Assembly (NCBI GenBank): GCA_040389985.1
Contig: JAZJZH010000012.1
Span: 35,027-99,026 of the forward strand
Reading direction: 5' to 3'
DNA from: Pseudomonadota bacterium
GTDB taxonomy: Bacteria > Pseudomonadota > Alphaproteobacteria > Sphingomonadales > Sphingomonadaceae
DNA length: 64,000 nt
This document shows positions 18,116-26,876 of this stretch, one piece after another. The stretch's first letter is position 1. Every line of letters starts with the position of its first letter. Below the pieces are notes generated by a model that made no database searches, was not told the origin of the DNA, and worked only from the letters and a program-made list of their open reading frames with translations. The position numbers and the translations under genes are program-made.

Positions 18116-19441
18116 TCAGGCCGCGCGTGCCGCCGGTCGCTCCCGAATGGCCAGCGTCGCAACCGCCGCCAACAGCATCAATATCCCCGCCAGCATCAGC
18201 ACATGACGCGGATCGCCGCCCAGCAGCGGGCGATAGATCAACGGCATGGTAAGGCTTTCGATCATCATCGGGATGACGATGAACATGTTGAAAATGCCCA
18301 TATAGATGCCGGTGCGGGCAGGCGGGATGCTGTCGGCCAGGATGATATAGGGATTGCCCATCATGCTCGCCCAGCCAAGGCCGATGCCGATCATCGGCAC
18401 GAACAGCATCGCCTGGCTCGAACACCAGGGCAAGGCGAGCATGGCGATGCCCGACGCCGCCACGCTGACGGCATGAACCGGCCGCGCGCCGATCCTGCGG
18501 GCGATCGGCACCATGGCGAAGGCGGCGACGAAGGCGATGAAATTGTAGAAGCCGCCGATCTGGCCGTTGACCAGCACCGCCTGACGAAAGCCCGCGCTGC
18601 TCGCGTCCGCCGTGTCGTAGAGCGACCGCGCGATGGCGAAGGCGACGAACTGCCAGTAACAGAACATGGCATACCATTGGAATAGCATGGCGATCGCCAG
18701 TTGGCGCATCGGCACGGGCATCTCGACGATCGCCTGCTTGAGGTCGCGCAGCGTCGTGCGGGCGGACAGCGGCTCGGCCCGCATCGCTGCGATCTCCTGG
18801 GCGCTCAGCGGCAATTCCGGCACGCGCAATACCGACCAGAGGATGGTCGACAGCGACAGCACCGCGCCGACGATGAAGGCGATCCGCGTGATGACCGGAA
18901 TGCCCGACGGATCGATCGCATCGGCGTTCAGCCCGCCCCACACCAGCAGGGACGGTGCCAGATAGGACAGCGTCTGGGCCAAGCCCGTAAAGGCGCTCTG
19001 CGTCAGGAAACCGAGCGGCCTTTGCGCCGGGTCCAGCCGGTCGCTGACATAGGCGCGATAGGGCTCCATCGTCACATTGTTAGCCGCGTCCAGCACCCAG
19101 AGCAGGCTGGCCGCCACCCACAGCGCCCGGCTATAGGGCATGGCGAACAGGCACAGGCTGCACAGCACCGCGCCGATCAGGAAATAGGGGGTGCGCCGAC
19201 CAAAGCGGGTGACGGTGCGATCGCTCATCGCGCCGATGATCGGCTGGATCAGCAATCCGGTCATCGGCCCGGCCAGCCACAGCAGCGGCAGCGAAGCCTC
19301 GTCCGCGCCCAGATAGGAGTAGATCGGCCCCATATTGCTTTGCTGCAAACCGAAGCTGAACTGAAGCCCCAGGAAGCCCAGGTTCATCTGCACGATCCGC
19401 CCCAGCGAAAGGTGCGGCTTACGGGATATCGGCTCGCTCAT
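18116..19441 (-). CDS. MFS transporter, GPH/SLC45 type (SuxC-like inner-membrane sugar carrier)
   Basis: Inner part of ORF 18116..19525. ATG 19441 ([33 protein letters not shown]) has AGGAGAGG upstream. Motif [16 protein letters not shown]. It is a paralogue of 15365..16840. Confidence 0.88.
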   Translation of the reverse strand: MSEPISRKPHLSLGRIVQMNLGFLGLQFSFGLQQSNMGPIYSYLGADEASLPLLWLAGPMTGLLIQPIIGAMSDRTVTRFGRRTPYFLIGAVLCSLCLFAMPYSRALWVAASLLWVLDAANNVTMEPYRAYVSDRLDPAQRPLGFLTQSAFTGLAQTLSYLAPSLLVWGGLNADAIDPSGIPVITRIAFIVGAVLSLSTILWSVLRVPELPLSAQEIAAMRAEPLSARTTLRDLKQAIVEMPVPMRQLAIAMLFQWYAMFCYWQFVAFAIARSLYDTADASSAGFRQAVLVNGQIGGFYNFIAFVAAFAMVPIARRIGARPVHAVSVAASGIAMLALPWCSSQAMLFVPMIGIGLGWASMMGNPYIILADSIPPARTGIYMGIFNMFIVIPMMIESLTMPLIYRPLLGGDPRHVLMLAGILMLLAAVATLAIRERPAARAA

Positions 19442-19506
19442 GATCTTTGCCTCTCCTGTCCGGCGGACTGTTGCCGTCCTTGACGGATTTGTCAGTATAG
19501 ATGTTA

Positions 19507-19551
19507 GCAAACGATTGCAATCCATCCATCATGCCTGTTGCAATCGTTTGC
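19507..19551. promoter_or_regulatory. pair of inverted LacI-type operator sites GCAAACGATTGC / GCAATCGTTTGC
   Basis: Two 12-mers (19507..19518 and 19540..19551) are exact reverse complements of each other. Each is a near-palindrome around a central CG (compare the generic LacI-family operator TGNAAACGNTTNCA). They sit in the 163-bp divergent region between the MFS gene and the TonB receptor, just downstream of a possible promoter (TTGCCG-N17-AGTATA, 19471..19499). Confidence 0.6.
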
Positions 19552-19604
19552 GAAAAGGATCATCACAAATTCAAGCCGAAACGAATCGGCGTGGGAGAGA
19601 GACA

Positions 19605-22082
19605 ATGAAAAGGCAGTTTCAGACATTTCTGCTGACGTCGGCGACCCTGATCGTGGCCAACGCAGCGCAGGCGCAAGCGCAGTCCGCCGCCGCGCCCCAG
19701 TCGGCAACCGACGGCGCGTCGCCCGTCGCCCCCGACGATGAAATCGTCGTCACGGCGGTCGCCCGCGGCCAGAACCGGCTCAACAGCAGCGTCACCGTCA
19801 GCTCGCTCAGCAGCGACGACATCGCCAAGGCCGCGCCCCGCTCGGTCGCCGAAATTTTCCGCAACCTGCCCGGCATCCGTTCCGAATCCTCGGGCGGCGA
19901 AGGCAATGCCAACATTTCCGTGCGCGGCCTGCCGGTCGCATCGGGCGGCGCGAAGTTCCTGCAATTGCAGGAGGACGGCCTGCCCGTGCTGGAATTTGGC
20001 GACATCACCTTTGGCAATGCCGACATATTCCTGCGTTCGGACTTCAACATCGGCCGGGTCGAATCGGTCCGCGGCGGATCGGCCTCCACCTTCGCGTCCA
20101 ACGCGCCGGGCGGCGTCATCAACATGATCTCCAAGACCGGCGAGCAGGAAGGCGGCGCGATCCAGGCGACGGCGGGCATCGACTATGAGGAATATCGCCT
20201 CGATTTCGATTATGGCGGCCGGATCAGCGACAGCCTGCGCTACCATGTCGGCGGTTTCTACCGCCAGGGTGAAGGGCCGCGCAAGGCGGGCTATGACGCC
20301 AACAAGGGCGGCCAGATCAAGGCGAACATCACCAAGGAATTTGCCGGCGGCTATATCCGCCTCTACGGCAAATATCTCAATGACCGCGCCATTGGCTACC
20401 TGCCCAATCCGGTGCTGGTGACGGGCAGCAACAGCAATCCCAAATATCAGGATCTGCCCGGTTTCAGCATCAATGGCGACACGCTCCATTCGCGCTATTT
20501 CCGCGACAATGTGACGCTGGACGGCAGCAACAACCCGGTCACGCGCGACATTCGCGATGGCCAGCATCCCGTCGTTTATGCCGTCGGCCTGGAATCGCAA
20601 TTCGAACTGGGCGACGGCTGGAACGTCACCGAACGCTTCCGCTATTCGGACGTGTCGGGCGGCTTCACCTCGCCCTTCCCCTCTGCGGTCGACACCGGAT
20701 CGGCGATCGCGACCGCTCTGGGCGGCGCGGGATCGACCCTGACCTATGCCAATGGTCCCAATGCGGGCCAGGCGTTCAACGGCAGCAACTATCTGGCCCA
20801 GATCGTGCTGTTCGACGTGAAGATCAACAGCCTGAACAACATCACCAACGACCTGCGCGTCAGCCGCGATTTCGACACCGGCGCTGGCAAGCTGACCGCG
20901 ACCGCCGGCTTCTACAAATCGCGCCAGACGATCGCCACCGACTGGCTGTGGACGTCGCACCTGCTCGAAGTGACCGGCGGCGGCAATGCGGCGCTGGTCA
21001 ACCTGACCAACGCGGCGGGTCAGGCGCTCACGCAAAATGGAACCTACGGCTATGGCGCGACCTTCTTCGGCAATTGCTGCCGCCGCAGCTACGATGTCGA
21101 CTATGACACCGACGCCCCCTTCGCGTCCCTGAGCCTGGCCACCGGCGCGCTGACGCTGGACGGCAGCCTGCGCTACGATTTCGGCAGCGCCAAGGGCACG
21201 ATCGCCGGATCTGACCTGGGCGGCGGGCGCGTTGGCGTCATCAGCCGCGACATGAACGGCGATGGGGTCATCTCCATCCCCGAAACCAATGTCGCGGTGG
21301 TCCCGACGCTGACGGCGCCGGTCGACTATAGCTATGAATATCTGTCCTATTCCTTCGGCGCCAACTATCGCTTGGCCGACGACATCGCCTTGTTCGCCCG
21401 CTACAGCCGGGGCGCGCGCGCCAATGCCGATCGTCTGCTGTTCGGCCCCGCCGTCAGCACCACCACCGGCAATCTGACCGACAGCGGCGCTGCGGTCGAT
21501 TTCGTCAAGCAACTGGAAGGCGGCGTCAAATATCGCAATGGCGGCCTGACCCTCAACGCCACGGCGTTCCACGCCAGGACCGAGGAACAGAATTTCGAGG
21601 CGACGACCCAGACCTTCTTCAACCGCAACTATCGCGCCTATGGCCTGGAACTGGAGGGCGGCTACCGCACCGGCCGGTTCAGCATCACGGCGGGCGGCAC
21701 CTATACCGATGCCAAGATCGCCAGCGATGTGCTCAACCCCGCGGTGGTCGGCAACCGCCCCCGCCGCCAGGCCAAATTCCTCTACCAGATAACACCGCAA
21801 TATGATGCCGGCCTCTTCTCCGTTGGCGCCAACGTCATCGGCACCTCCAGCAGCTATGCGCAGGACAGCAACCAGTTGAAACTGCCCGGCTATACGCAGG
21901 TCAACGCCTTCCTGACGGTCAAGCCGATGGATCGCGTCCAACTCTCGCTCAACGCCAACAACCTGTTCGACGTGAAGGGCTTCACCGAAGCGGAGGATGC
22001 CGCCATCCCCGCCAACGGCATCGTCCGCGCCCGCTCGATCAACGGTCGCACCGTCTCCGCCTCGGTCCGGTTCGACTTCTGA
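19605..22082 (+). CDS. TonB-dependent receptor (SuxA-like carbohydrate type)
   Basis: Inner part of ORF 19440..22082. ATG 19605 has GGGAGAGAG upstream. Signal peptide MKRQFQTFLLTSATLIVANAAQAQA. TonB-box/plug DDEIVVTAVARGQN..VAEIFRNLPGIRSE..NISVRGLP. C-terminal ..SASVRFDF. Confidence 0.92.
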   Translation: MKRQFQTFLLTSATLIVANAAQAQAQSAAAPQSATDGASPVAPDDEIVVTAVARGQNRLNSSVTVSSLSSDDIAKAAPRSVAEIFRNLPGIRSESSGGEGNANISVRGLPVASGGAKFLQLQEDGLPVLEFGDITFGNADIFLRSDFNIGRVESVRGGSASTFASNAPGGVINMISKTGEQEGGAIQATAGIDYEEYRLDFDYGGRISDSLRYHVGGFYRQGEGPRKAGYDANKGGQIKANITKEFAGGYIRLYGKYLNDRAIGYLPNPVLVTGSNSNPKYQDLPGFSINGDTLHSRYFRDNVTLDGSNNPVTRDIRDGQHPVVYAVGLESQFELGDGWNVTERFRYSDVSGGFTSPFPSAVDTGSAIATALGGAGSTLTYANGPNAGQAFNGSNYLAQIVLFDVKINSLNNITNDLRVSRDFDTGAGKLTATAGFYKSRQTIATDWLWTSHLLEVTGGGNAALVNLTNAAGQALTQNGTYGYGATFFGNCCRRSYDVDYDTDAPFASLSLATGALTLDGSLRYDFGSAKGTIAGSDLGGGRVGVISRDMNGDGVISIPETNVAVVPTLTAPVDYSYEYLSYSFGANYRLADDIALFARYSRGARANADRLLFGPAVSTTTGNLTDSGAAVDFVKQLEGGVKYRNGGLTLNATAFHARTEEQNFEATTQTFFNRNYRAYGLELEGGYRTGRFSITAGGTYTDAKIASDVLNPAVVGNRPRRQAKFLYQITPQYDAGLFSVGANVIGTSSSYAQDSNQLKLPGYTQVNAFLTVKPMDRVQLSLNANNLFDVKGFTEAEDAAIPANGIVRARSINGRTVSASVRFDF

Positions 22083-22119
22083 TCCCCGTCTTTCCGGGGC
22101 GTTTCACGCCCGTGGAAAT

Positions 22120-22161
22120 CATGGTCTTCGCCGGTGACTGCACGCACCGGCGAAGATCATG
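22120..22161 (+). other. 17-bp-stem RNA hairpin between the receptor and GH68 genes, burying ATG 22159
   Basis: CATGGTCTTCGCCGGTG (22120..22136), loop ACTGCACG, CACCGGCGAAGATCATG (22145..22161). There are 16 Watson-Crick pairs plus one G-U, and no U-tract follows. Confidence 0.6.
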
Positions 22162-23301
22162 GCCCAACTTCCTGCCCATGGATGCCCGATGATGACAAGC
22201 CACTGGACCGCCGCCCATGTCGCCGGGATCGACCGTGCGACCATGGCCTGCGCGCCGATCCTGCCCAAGCCGCAGGCCCTGATCGCGGGCGTCGACCTGT
22301 GGGATTATTGGCCGGTGCAGGCGGAGGACGGGTCGCAGGCGGCAATTGCAGGCGGCACCCTGTTCATTTTGCTGTCCGCCCCCGCGCTGCTGGACCCGGA
22401 CGGCCGCCATGGCATGGCCCGGCTGCGCCTGATGCACCGGGTAGGGGACAAATGGCGCGATCTTGGATTGTTGTTCGATGATGGTTTTTCACCTGGCAGC
22501 CGCGAATGGTCGGGGTCTGCGATCCTGTCGCCCGACCATGGCCATATCACCCTCTATTACACCGTCGCGGGCACCCACGGCGAAGACGTGCTCAGCTTCA
22601 GCCAGCGCCTGTTCGAAACCCGCGCCGCATTGTCGGTGGAGGGCGACGCGATCGCCCTGTCGCCCTGGTCGACGCCAGTGGAAATGCTGGTCCCCGACGG
22701 CATCGACTATGTGCGCGATATGGAGGGGGGCGGGGCGATCGGCACCATCAAGGCCTTCCGCGATCCCGCCTTCTTCCGCGATCCCGCCGATGGCGCGGCC
22801 TATGTCTTCTTCGCCGCGTCCCTGGCCCGATCGACCTCCTTCTGGAACGGCGCGGTCGGCATGGCGCGGCGCGCGCCGGACGGGCAATGGGATCTTTTGC
22901 CACCGCTCATCGCCGCCGATGGCCTCAACAATGAACTGGAACGGCCGCACGTCATCGTCCATGACGGGCGCTATTATCTCTTCTGGTCCACCCAGCAAAA
23001 GGTGTTTGCCGATGACGGCCCGGCCGGTCCCAATGGCCTTTACGGCATGACGTCCGACAGTGTGGCCGGCCCATGGCGGCCGATCAACGGCACTGGCCTC
23101 GCCTTCGCCAATCCGCCCCAGGCCCCTTTCCAGGCCTATAGCTGGTTCGTGCTGCCAGACCTGACGGTGCAGAGTTTCGCCGACATGACCGGCATCGCGC
23201 ATGTCCCGGCCGATCCTGCGCAGGCCCGCCGCCATTTCGGCGGTTCCCCCGCACCCGAACTGCGGCTGGGAATGGAAGGAGACAGGATATGGCTGGCATG
23301 A
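22159..23301 (+). CDS. glycoside hydrolase family 68 (levansucrase / sucrose-6-fructosyl hydrolase-like)
   Basis: GH68 blocks as in Gram-negative levansucrases: HWTAAHV, DLWDYWPV, REWSGSA, FRDPAFFRDP, NELERPHV, GPNGLYGMTSDS..GPWRPINGTGLAFANPPQAPFQAYSWFVL. No signal peptide. The start is uncertain: ATG 22159 lies inside the hairpin stem, and ATGATG at 22189 is the alternative. Confidence 0.85.
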   Translation: MAQLPAHGCPMMTSHWTAAHVAGIDRATMACAPILPKPQALIAGVDLWDYWPVQAEDGSQAAIAGGTLFILLSAPALLDPDGRHGMARLRLMHRVGDKWRDLGLLFDDGFSPGSREWSGSAILSPDHGHITLYYTVAGTHGEDVLSFSQRLFETRAALSVEGDAIALSPWSTPVEMLVPDGIDYVRDMEGGGAIGTIKAFRDPAFFRDPADGAAYVFFAASLARSTSFWNGAVGMARRAPDGQWDLLPPLIAADGLNNELERPHVIVHDGRYYLFWSTQQKVFADDGPAGPNGLYGMTSDSVAGPWRPINGTGLAFANPPQAPFQAYSWFVLPDLTVQSFADMTGIAHVPADPAQARRHFGGSPAPELRLGMEGDRIWLA

Positions 23302-24206
23302 CCATGGACGAGCCACTCATCGTCGGGCTTGAACTGGGCGGCACCAAATGTATCGCCACGCTGGCGCATGGCCGCACGATCCTGCGCCAGCAACGCTGGC
23401 CGACCGGCGCGGCGGACACGCTCCACGCCCTGTCGGACGCGCTGACCCTCTGGCAGCGCGAAACCCCGTTCGCCGCGATCGGCATCGCCAGTTTCGGGCC
23501 CTTGCACCTGAACCCGAACACGCCCGATTTCGGCCATATGGGCAATACGCCCAAGCCCGGCTGGGCGAGCGTCGACATTTATGGCCATTTCGCCAGCCGC
23601 TTCGCCGTGCCGATCGCCATCGACACCGACGTCGCGGGCGCTGCCCTGGCGGAGGGGATGTGGGGCGCGTCGCAGGGATGCACGGTCCACGCCTATGCCA
23701 CCATCGGCACCGGGGTCGGCCTGGGACTCGTGGTGAATGGACAGGCGGTGCACGGGCATCTGCATCCCGAAGCCGGACATATGCGGGTCCGGCGCCAGCC
23801 CGATGACCCTTTCGCGGGCGTGTGCCCCAGCCATGGCGATTGCCTGGAAGGGCTGGTCGGCGGCCCGGCGCTGGCCGCACGATCGCCGATTCCCGCGGCC
23901 GACATGGCGGACGATGATCCCCTGTGGCACCGCGTCGCCGCCGATCTGGCCGAATGGACGACAATGCTGATCCTGGCCCTTTCGCCCGAGCGGCTGGTGC
24001 TGGGGGGCGGCGTGATCCAATCGCGACCGATGCTGCTGCCGCTGATCGCCCGCCGATCGGCCGACTTGCTAAACCTGTATATCGAGGATTTGGACCCCTT
24101 GGCGCTGGAGCAACTGATCGTTCCCCCCGGTCTGGGCGCTGACGCCGGTCCGTTGGGTGCCGTTCTGCTCGGCCAGCGGGCCGCCATAGCGCGCAGTAGC
24201 CTATAA
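23289..24206 (+). CDS. ROK-family sugar kinase (fructokinase/Mak-like)
   Basis: ATP-binding N-terminus VGLELGGTKC. Contains DTDVAGAALAE and IGTGVGLG. ROK zinc motif GHLHPEAGHM...CPSHGDCLEG. AGGAG lies 7 nt upstream of the start. It overlaps the GH68 end by 13 nt. Confidence 0.85.
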   Translation: MAGMTMDEPLIVGLELGGTKCIATLAHGRTILRQQRWPTGAADTLHALSDALTLWQRETPFAAIGIASFGPLHLNPNTPDFGHMGNTPKPGWASVDIYGHFASRFAVPIAIDTDVAGAALAEGMWGASQGCTVHAYATIGTGVGLGLVVNGQAVHGHLHPEAGHMRVRRQPDDPFAGVCPSHGDCLEGLVGGPALAARSPIPAADMADDDPLWHRVAADLAEWTTMLILALSPERLVLGGGVIQSRPMLLPLIARRSADLLNLYIEDLDPLALEQLIVPPGLGADAGPLGAVLLGQRAAIARSSL

Positions 24207-24263
24207 GCGAGACGAACAAGCAAGTCGGCGTGGTAAGGCGCGCCAATACCAAGCAAAGTCGCA

Positions 24264-24308
24264 AGCGCCGATCGTCTTCTCACGGAGGATTTCGGCGCTC
24301 TATTTTTT
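24264..24308 (+). terminator. rho-independent terminator of the sugar operon
   Basis: Stem AGCGCCGA (24264..24271) / TCGGCGCT (24292..24299), followed by CTATTTTTTG. Confidence 0.6.
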
Positions 24309-24369
24309 GCAACGATCCGTTGAAGTCATTCTAGTGGATCGGTAGGGGCAAGACGAGCATAAGGCCGCC

Positions 24370-25539
24370 ATGGCGCGCCTGACCCCTTCTATCCTGCGGA
24401 GTGACCCATTTCTCTTGTGGCTGATCGGCACGGTGGGCGTCGCGTCGCTATTGCCTGCCAGCGGGCAGGCCGCGGGCTGGATCGATGTGCTGGCCGATAT
24501 CGCCGTCGCCCTGCTATTTTTTCTCCATGGCGCAAAGCTGTCGCGCGCGGCGATTCTCCAGGGGATAGGCAACTGGCGGTTGCATTTGCTGGTCTTTGCT
24601 TCGACCTACATGCTGTTCCCGGCTGTTGGCATCGCGCTGACGTCGCTGATGCGGGGCTGGGCCGATCCGGTCCTCATGTCGGGCCTGCTCTATCTGACTC
24701 TTTTGCCGTCCACGGTCCAATCGTCGATCGCCTTTACGGCGATGGCGGGCGGCAATGTCGCCGCCGCCCTGTGCAGCGCGTCGCTGTCCAATCTGATTGG
24801 CATTCTGCTGACGCCCCTGCTCGTCACTTTGACCCTGAATGTGGAGGGACATGGCGGCACGGCCACGCTGCATTCCGTTCAGAATATCGCCCTGCAACTG
24901 CTGGTCCCCTTCGTCGCGGGCCATGTATTGCGCCCCTATATCGGCGGCTTCATCGACCGGCATAAGGGGTTGTTGATGCCGGTGGATCGCGGCGCGATAT
25001 TATTGGTCGTCTATTCCGCTTTCAGCGCCGCCGTGGCGGGCGGCATATGGATGCAGGTCGGTGTGGGCGACTTGCTGGTGCTGCTGGGCCTCAGTGCGCT
25101 CGTCCTGGCTATCGTCATGAGCGTCAACATGGGCGTCGCGCGGCTGGCCGGATTGCCGCGCCAGGACGCGATCGTGCTGCTGTTCTGCGGGTCCAAGAAA
25201 AGCCTGGTATCCGGCGTGCCGATGGCCGGCGCTCTGTTCCCGCCCGCGCAAGTCGGCCTGCTGATCCTGCCGCTGATGATATTCCACCAGTTGCAACTGC
25301 TTGTCTGTGCCGCGCTGGCCGGGCGGTTCGCGCGGCAAACTGAAGCTCCCCTGGCCCCGGTCCTGACCTCAACGCCCATCCCCCCGCTGCCCCGCAGCGA
25401 AGCGGACATTCATCGGGCGGCGGACGCCATCGGCCTGCCGATCGACGCGGCCTGCATGCCCGGCGTGGTCGCGAACATGGCCTTGCTCGATCGTCATGCC
25501 GGCCTGTTGCTGGACCGTCATGAAAGTGACGCGCCATGA
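24370..25539 (+). CDS. bile-acid:sodium symporter (BASS/SBF-like) family transporter with a C-terminal GatC/AtzG-like (DUF4089-type) soluble extension
   Basis: Residues 1-~325 are a multi-TM SBF-like core (FLHGAKLSR, LLPSTVQSSIAFTAMAGGN, GSKKSLVSGVPMA, IFHQLQLLVCA). A Pro-rich linker follows, then the tail EADIHRAADAIGLPIDAACMPGVVANMALLDRHAGLLLD. Its stop overlaps the amidase start. Confidence 0.8.
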   Translation: MARLTPSILRSDPFLLWLIGTVGVASLLPASGQAAGWIDVLADIAVALLFFLHGAKLSRAAILQGIGNWRLHLLVFASTYMLFPAVGIALTSLMRGWADPVLMSGLLYLTLLPSTVQSSIAFTAMAGGNVAAALCSASLSNLIGILLTPLLVTLTLNVEGHGGTATLHSVQNIALQLLVPFVAGHVLRPYIGGFIDRHKGLLMPVDRGAILLVVYSAFSAAVAGGIWMQVGVGDLLVLLGLSALVLAIVMSVNMGVARLAGLPRQDAIVLLFCGSKKSLVSGVPMAGALFPPAQVGLLILPLMIFHQLQLLVCAALAGRFARQTEAPLAPVLTSTPIPPLPRSEADIHRAADAIGLPIDAACMPGVVANMALLDRHAGLLLDRHESDAP

Positions 25540-26876
25540 CCAGCGCCATGGCGATCGCCCAGTCCGTGCGCAGCGGCCAGCAATCCGCCACGCAGATACT
25601 CGATCAATGTTTGGCGGCGCTGGCGAAGAAAGCAGCGCCGCTCTGCGCCGTCACCCGCATCATGGCCGGACCGGCGCGCGTGGATGCGGAGAGGATCGAC
25701 GCGCTGGTCGCCGGCGGGCGCGATCCAGGGCCGCTGGCGGGCGTGCCCTTTGGCGTCAAGGATCTGTTCGACATCGCCGGCCTGCCCACCACCGCCGGGT
25801 CGCGCCTTTATGCCGATGCGCCGCCAGCGACGCAGGATGCAGAAGCGATCCATCGCCTGAAAGCCGCAGGCGCGGTGCTGGTGGCGAGCCTCAACATGGA
25901 CGAGTTCGCCTATGGCTTTGCAACCATCAACGCGCTGCATGGCACCACCCGCAATCCGCATGACCCGACCCGGCTGGCCGGTGGATCGTCGGGCGGATCG
26001 GCGGCGGTGGTTGCGGCTGGGCTGTTGCCTTTTTCGCTGGGGTCGGACACCAATGGGTCGATCCGGGTGCCGGCCAGCCTGACCGGTCTGTACGGCCTGA
26101 AGCCTACGCATGGCGATTTGCCGATGGCGGGGGTCTTTCCCTTCGCCGACAGTTTCGACGATATAGGCCCGTTCACCGCGTCGCTGGCCGACATGGTGAC
26201 GATCTGGGAAATACTGAGCGGGCGATCCGCCCAGCCGGGCGACACGCCGATCCGCCTCGCCCGGCTGGGCGGCCGCTTCGCGCAGAATAGCGACCCCGAC
26301 CAGAGCGCTGCGATCGACGCCATCGCGCCCCATGCGCCGGTCGTGACTGTGCCAGACATAGCCCGCGCGCGGTCCGCCGCCTTCCTGATTACGGCCAGCG
26401 AAGGCGGGCGACTGCACCGCACGGCGCTGGCGCGCGACGCCATGGCGTTCGATCCCCAAGTGCGCGACCGGCTGATCGCCGGCACCTTGTTGCCCGATGG
26501 CCTGTATGCAGAAGCGCAGGCGTTCCGCGCCAGTTTCCGCACCACGATGCTGAATCTGATCGCGCCTTATGACGTGCTGATCGCGCCCGCGACGCCCTGC
26601 ACCGCGCCGTCGATCGACGATCCCCGTATCCTGATCGACGGGGCGATGGCGCCGGCGCGCGCGGATCTGGGCATCCATACCCAGCCGATCAGCTTCACCG
26701 GCTTCCCTTCGCTCAGCATTCCACTCTATCGTCCGGGGCGGTTGCCATTGGGGCTGCAACTGATCGGCAAGCCGGGGGGCGAACCGACCTTGTTTCGCCT
26801 GGCCGCCATGTTGGAGCAACGGGGCATCACCGGCGTCACCATGCCGGGACATCAACATTCGGGGGACATTGCATGA
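25536..26876 (+). CDS. amidase-signature hydrolase, AtzE-like (GatA-related)
   Basis: Catalytic Lys context GVPFGVKDLFD. Signature GGSSGGSAAVVAAGLLPFSLGSDTNGSIRVPASLTGLYGLKPT. 446 aa. It lies directly behind an AtzG-like segment. Confidence 0.85.
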   Translation: MTSAMAIAQSVRSGQQSATQILDQCLAALAKKAAPLCAVTRIMAGPARVDAERIDALVAGGRDPGPLAGVPFGVKDLFDIAGLPTTAGSRLYADAPPATQDAEAIHRLKAAGAVLVASLNMDEFAYGFATINALHGTTRNPHDPTRLAGGSSGGSAAVVAAGLLPFSLGSDTNGSIRVPASLTGLYGLKPTHGDLPMAGVFPFADSFDDIGPFTASLADMVTIWEILSGRSAQPGDTPIRLARLGGRFAQNSDPDQSAAIDAIAPHAPVVTVPDIARARSAAFLITASEGGRLHRTALARDAMAFDPQVRDRLIAGTLLPDGLYAEAQAFRASFRTTMLNLIAPYDVLIAPATPCTAPSIDDPRILIDGAMAPARADLGIHTQPISFTGFPSLSIPLYRPGRLPLGLQLIGKPGGEPTLFRLAAMLEQRGITGVTMPGHQHSGDIA

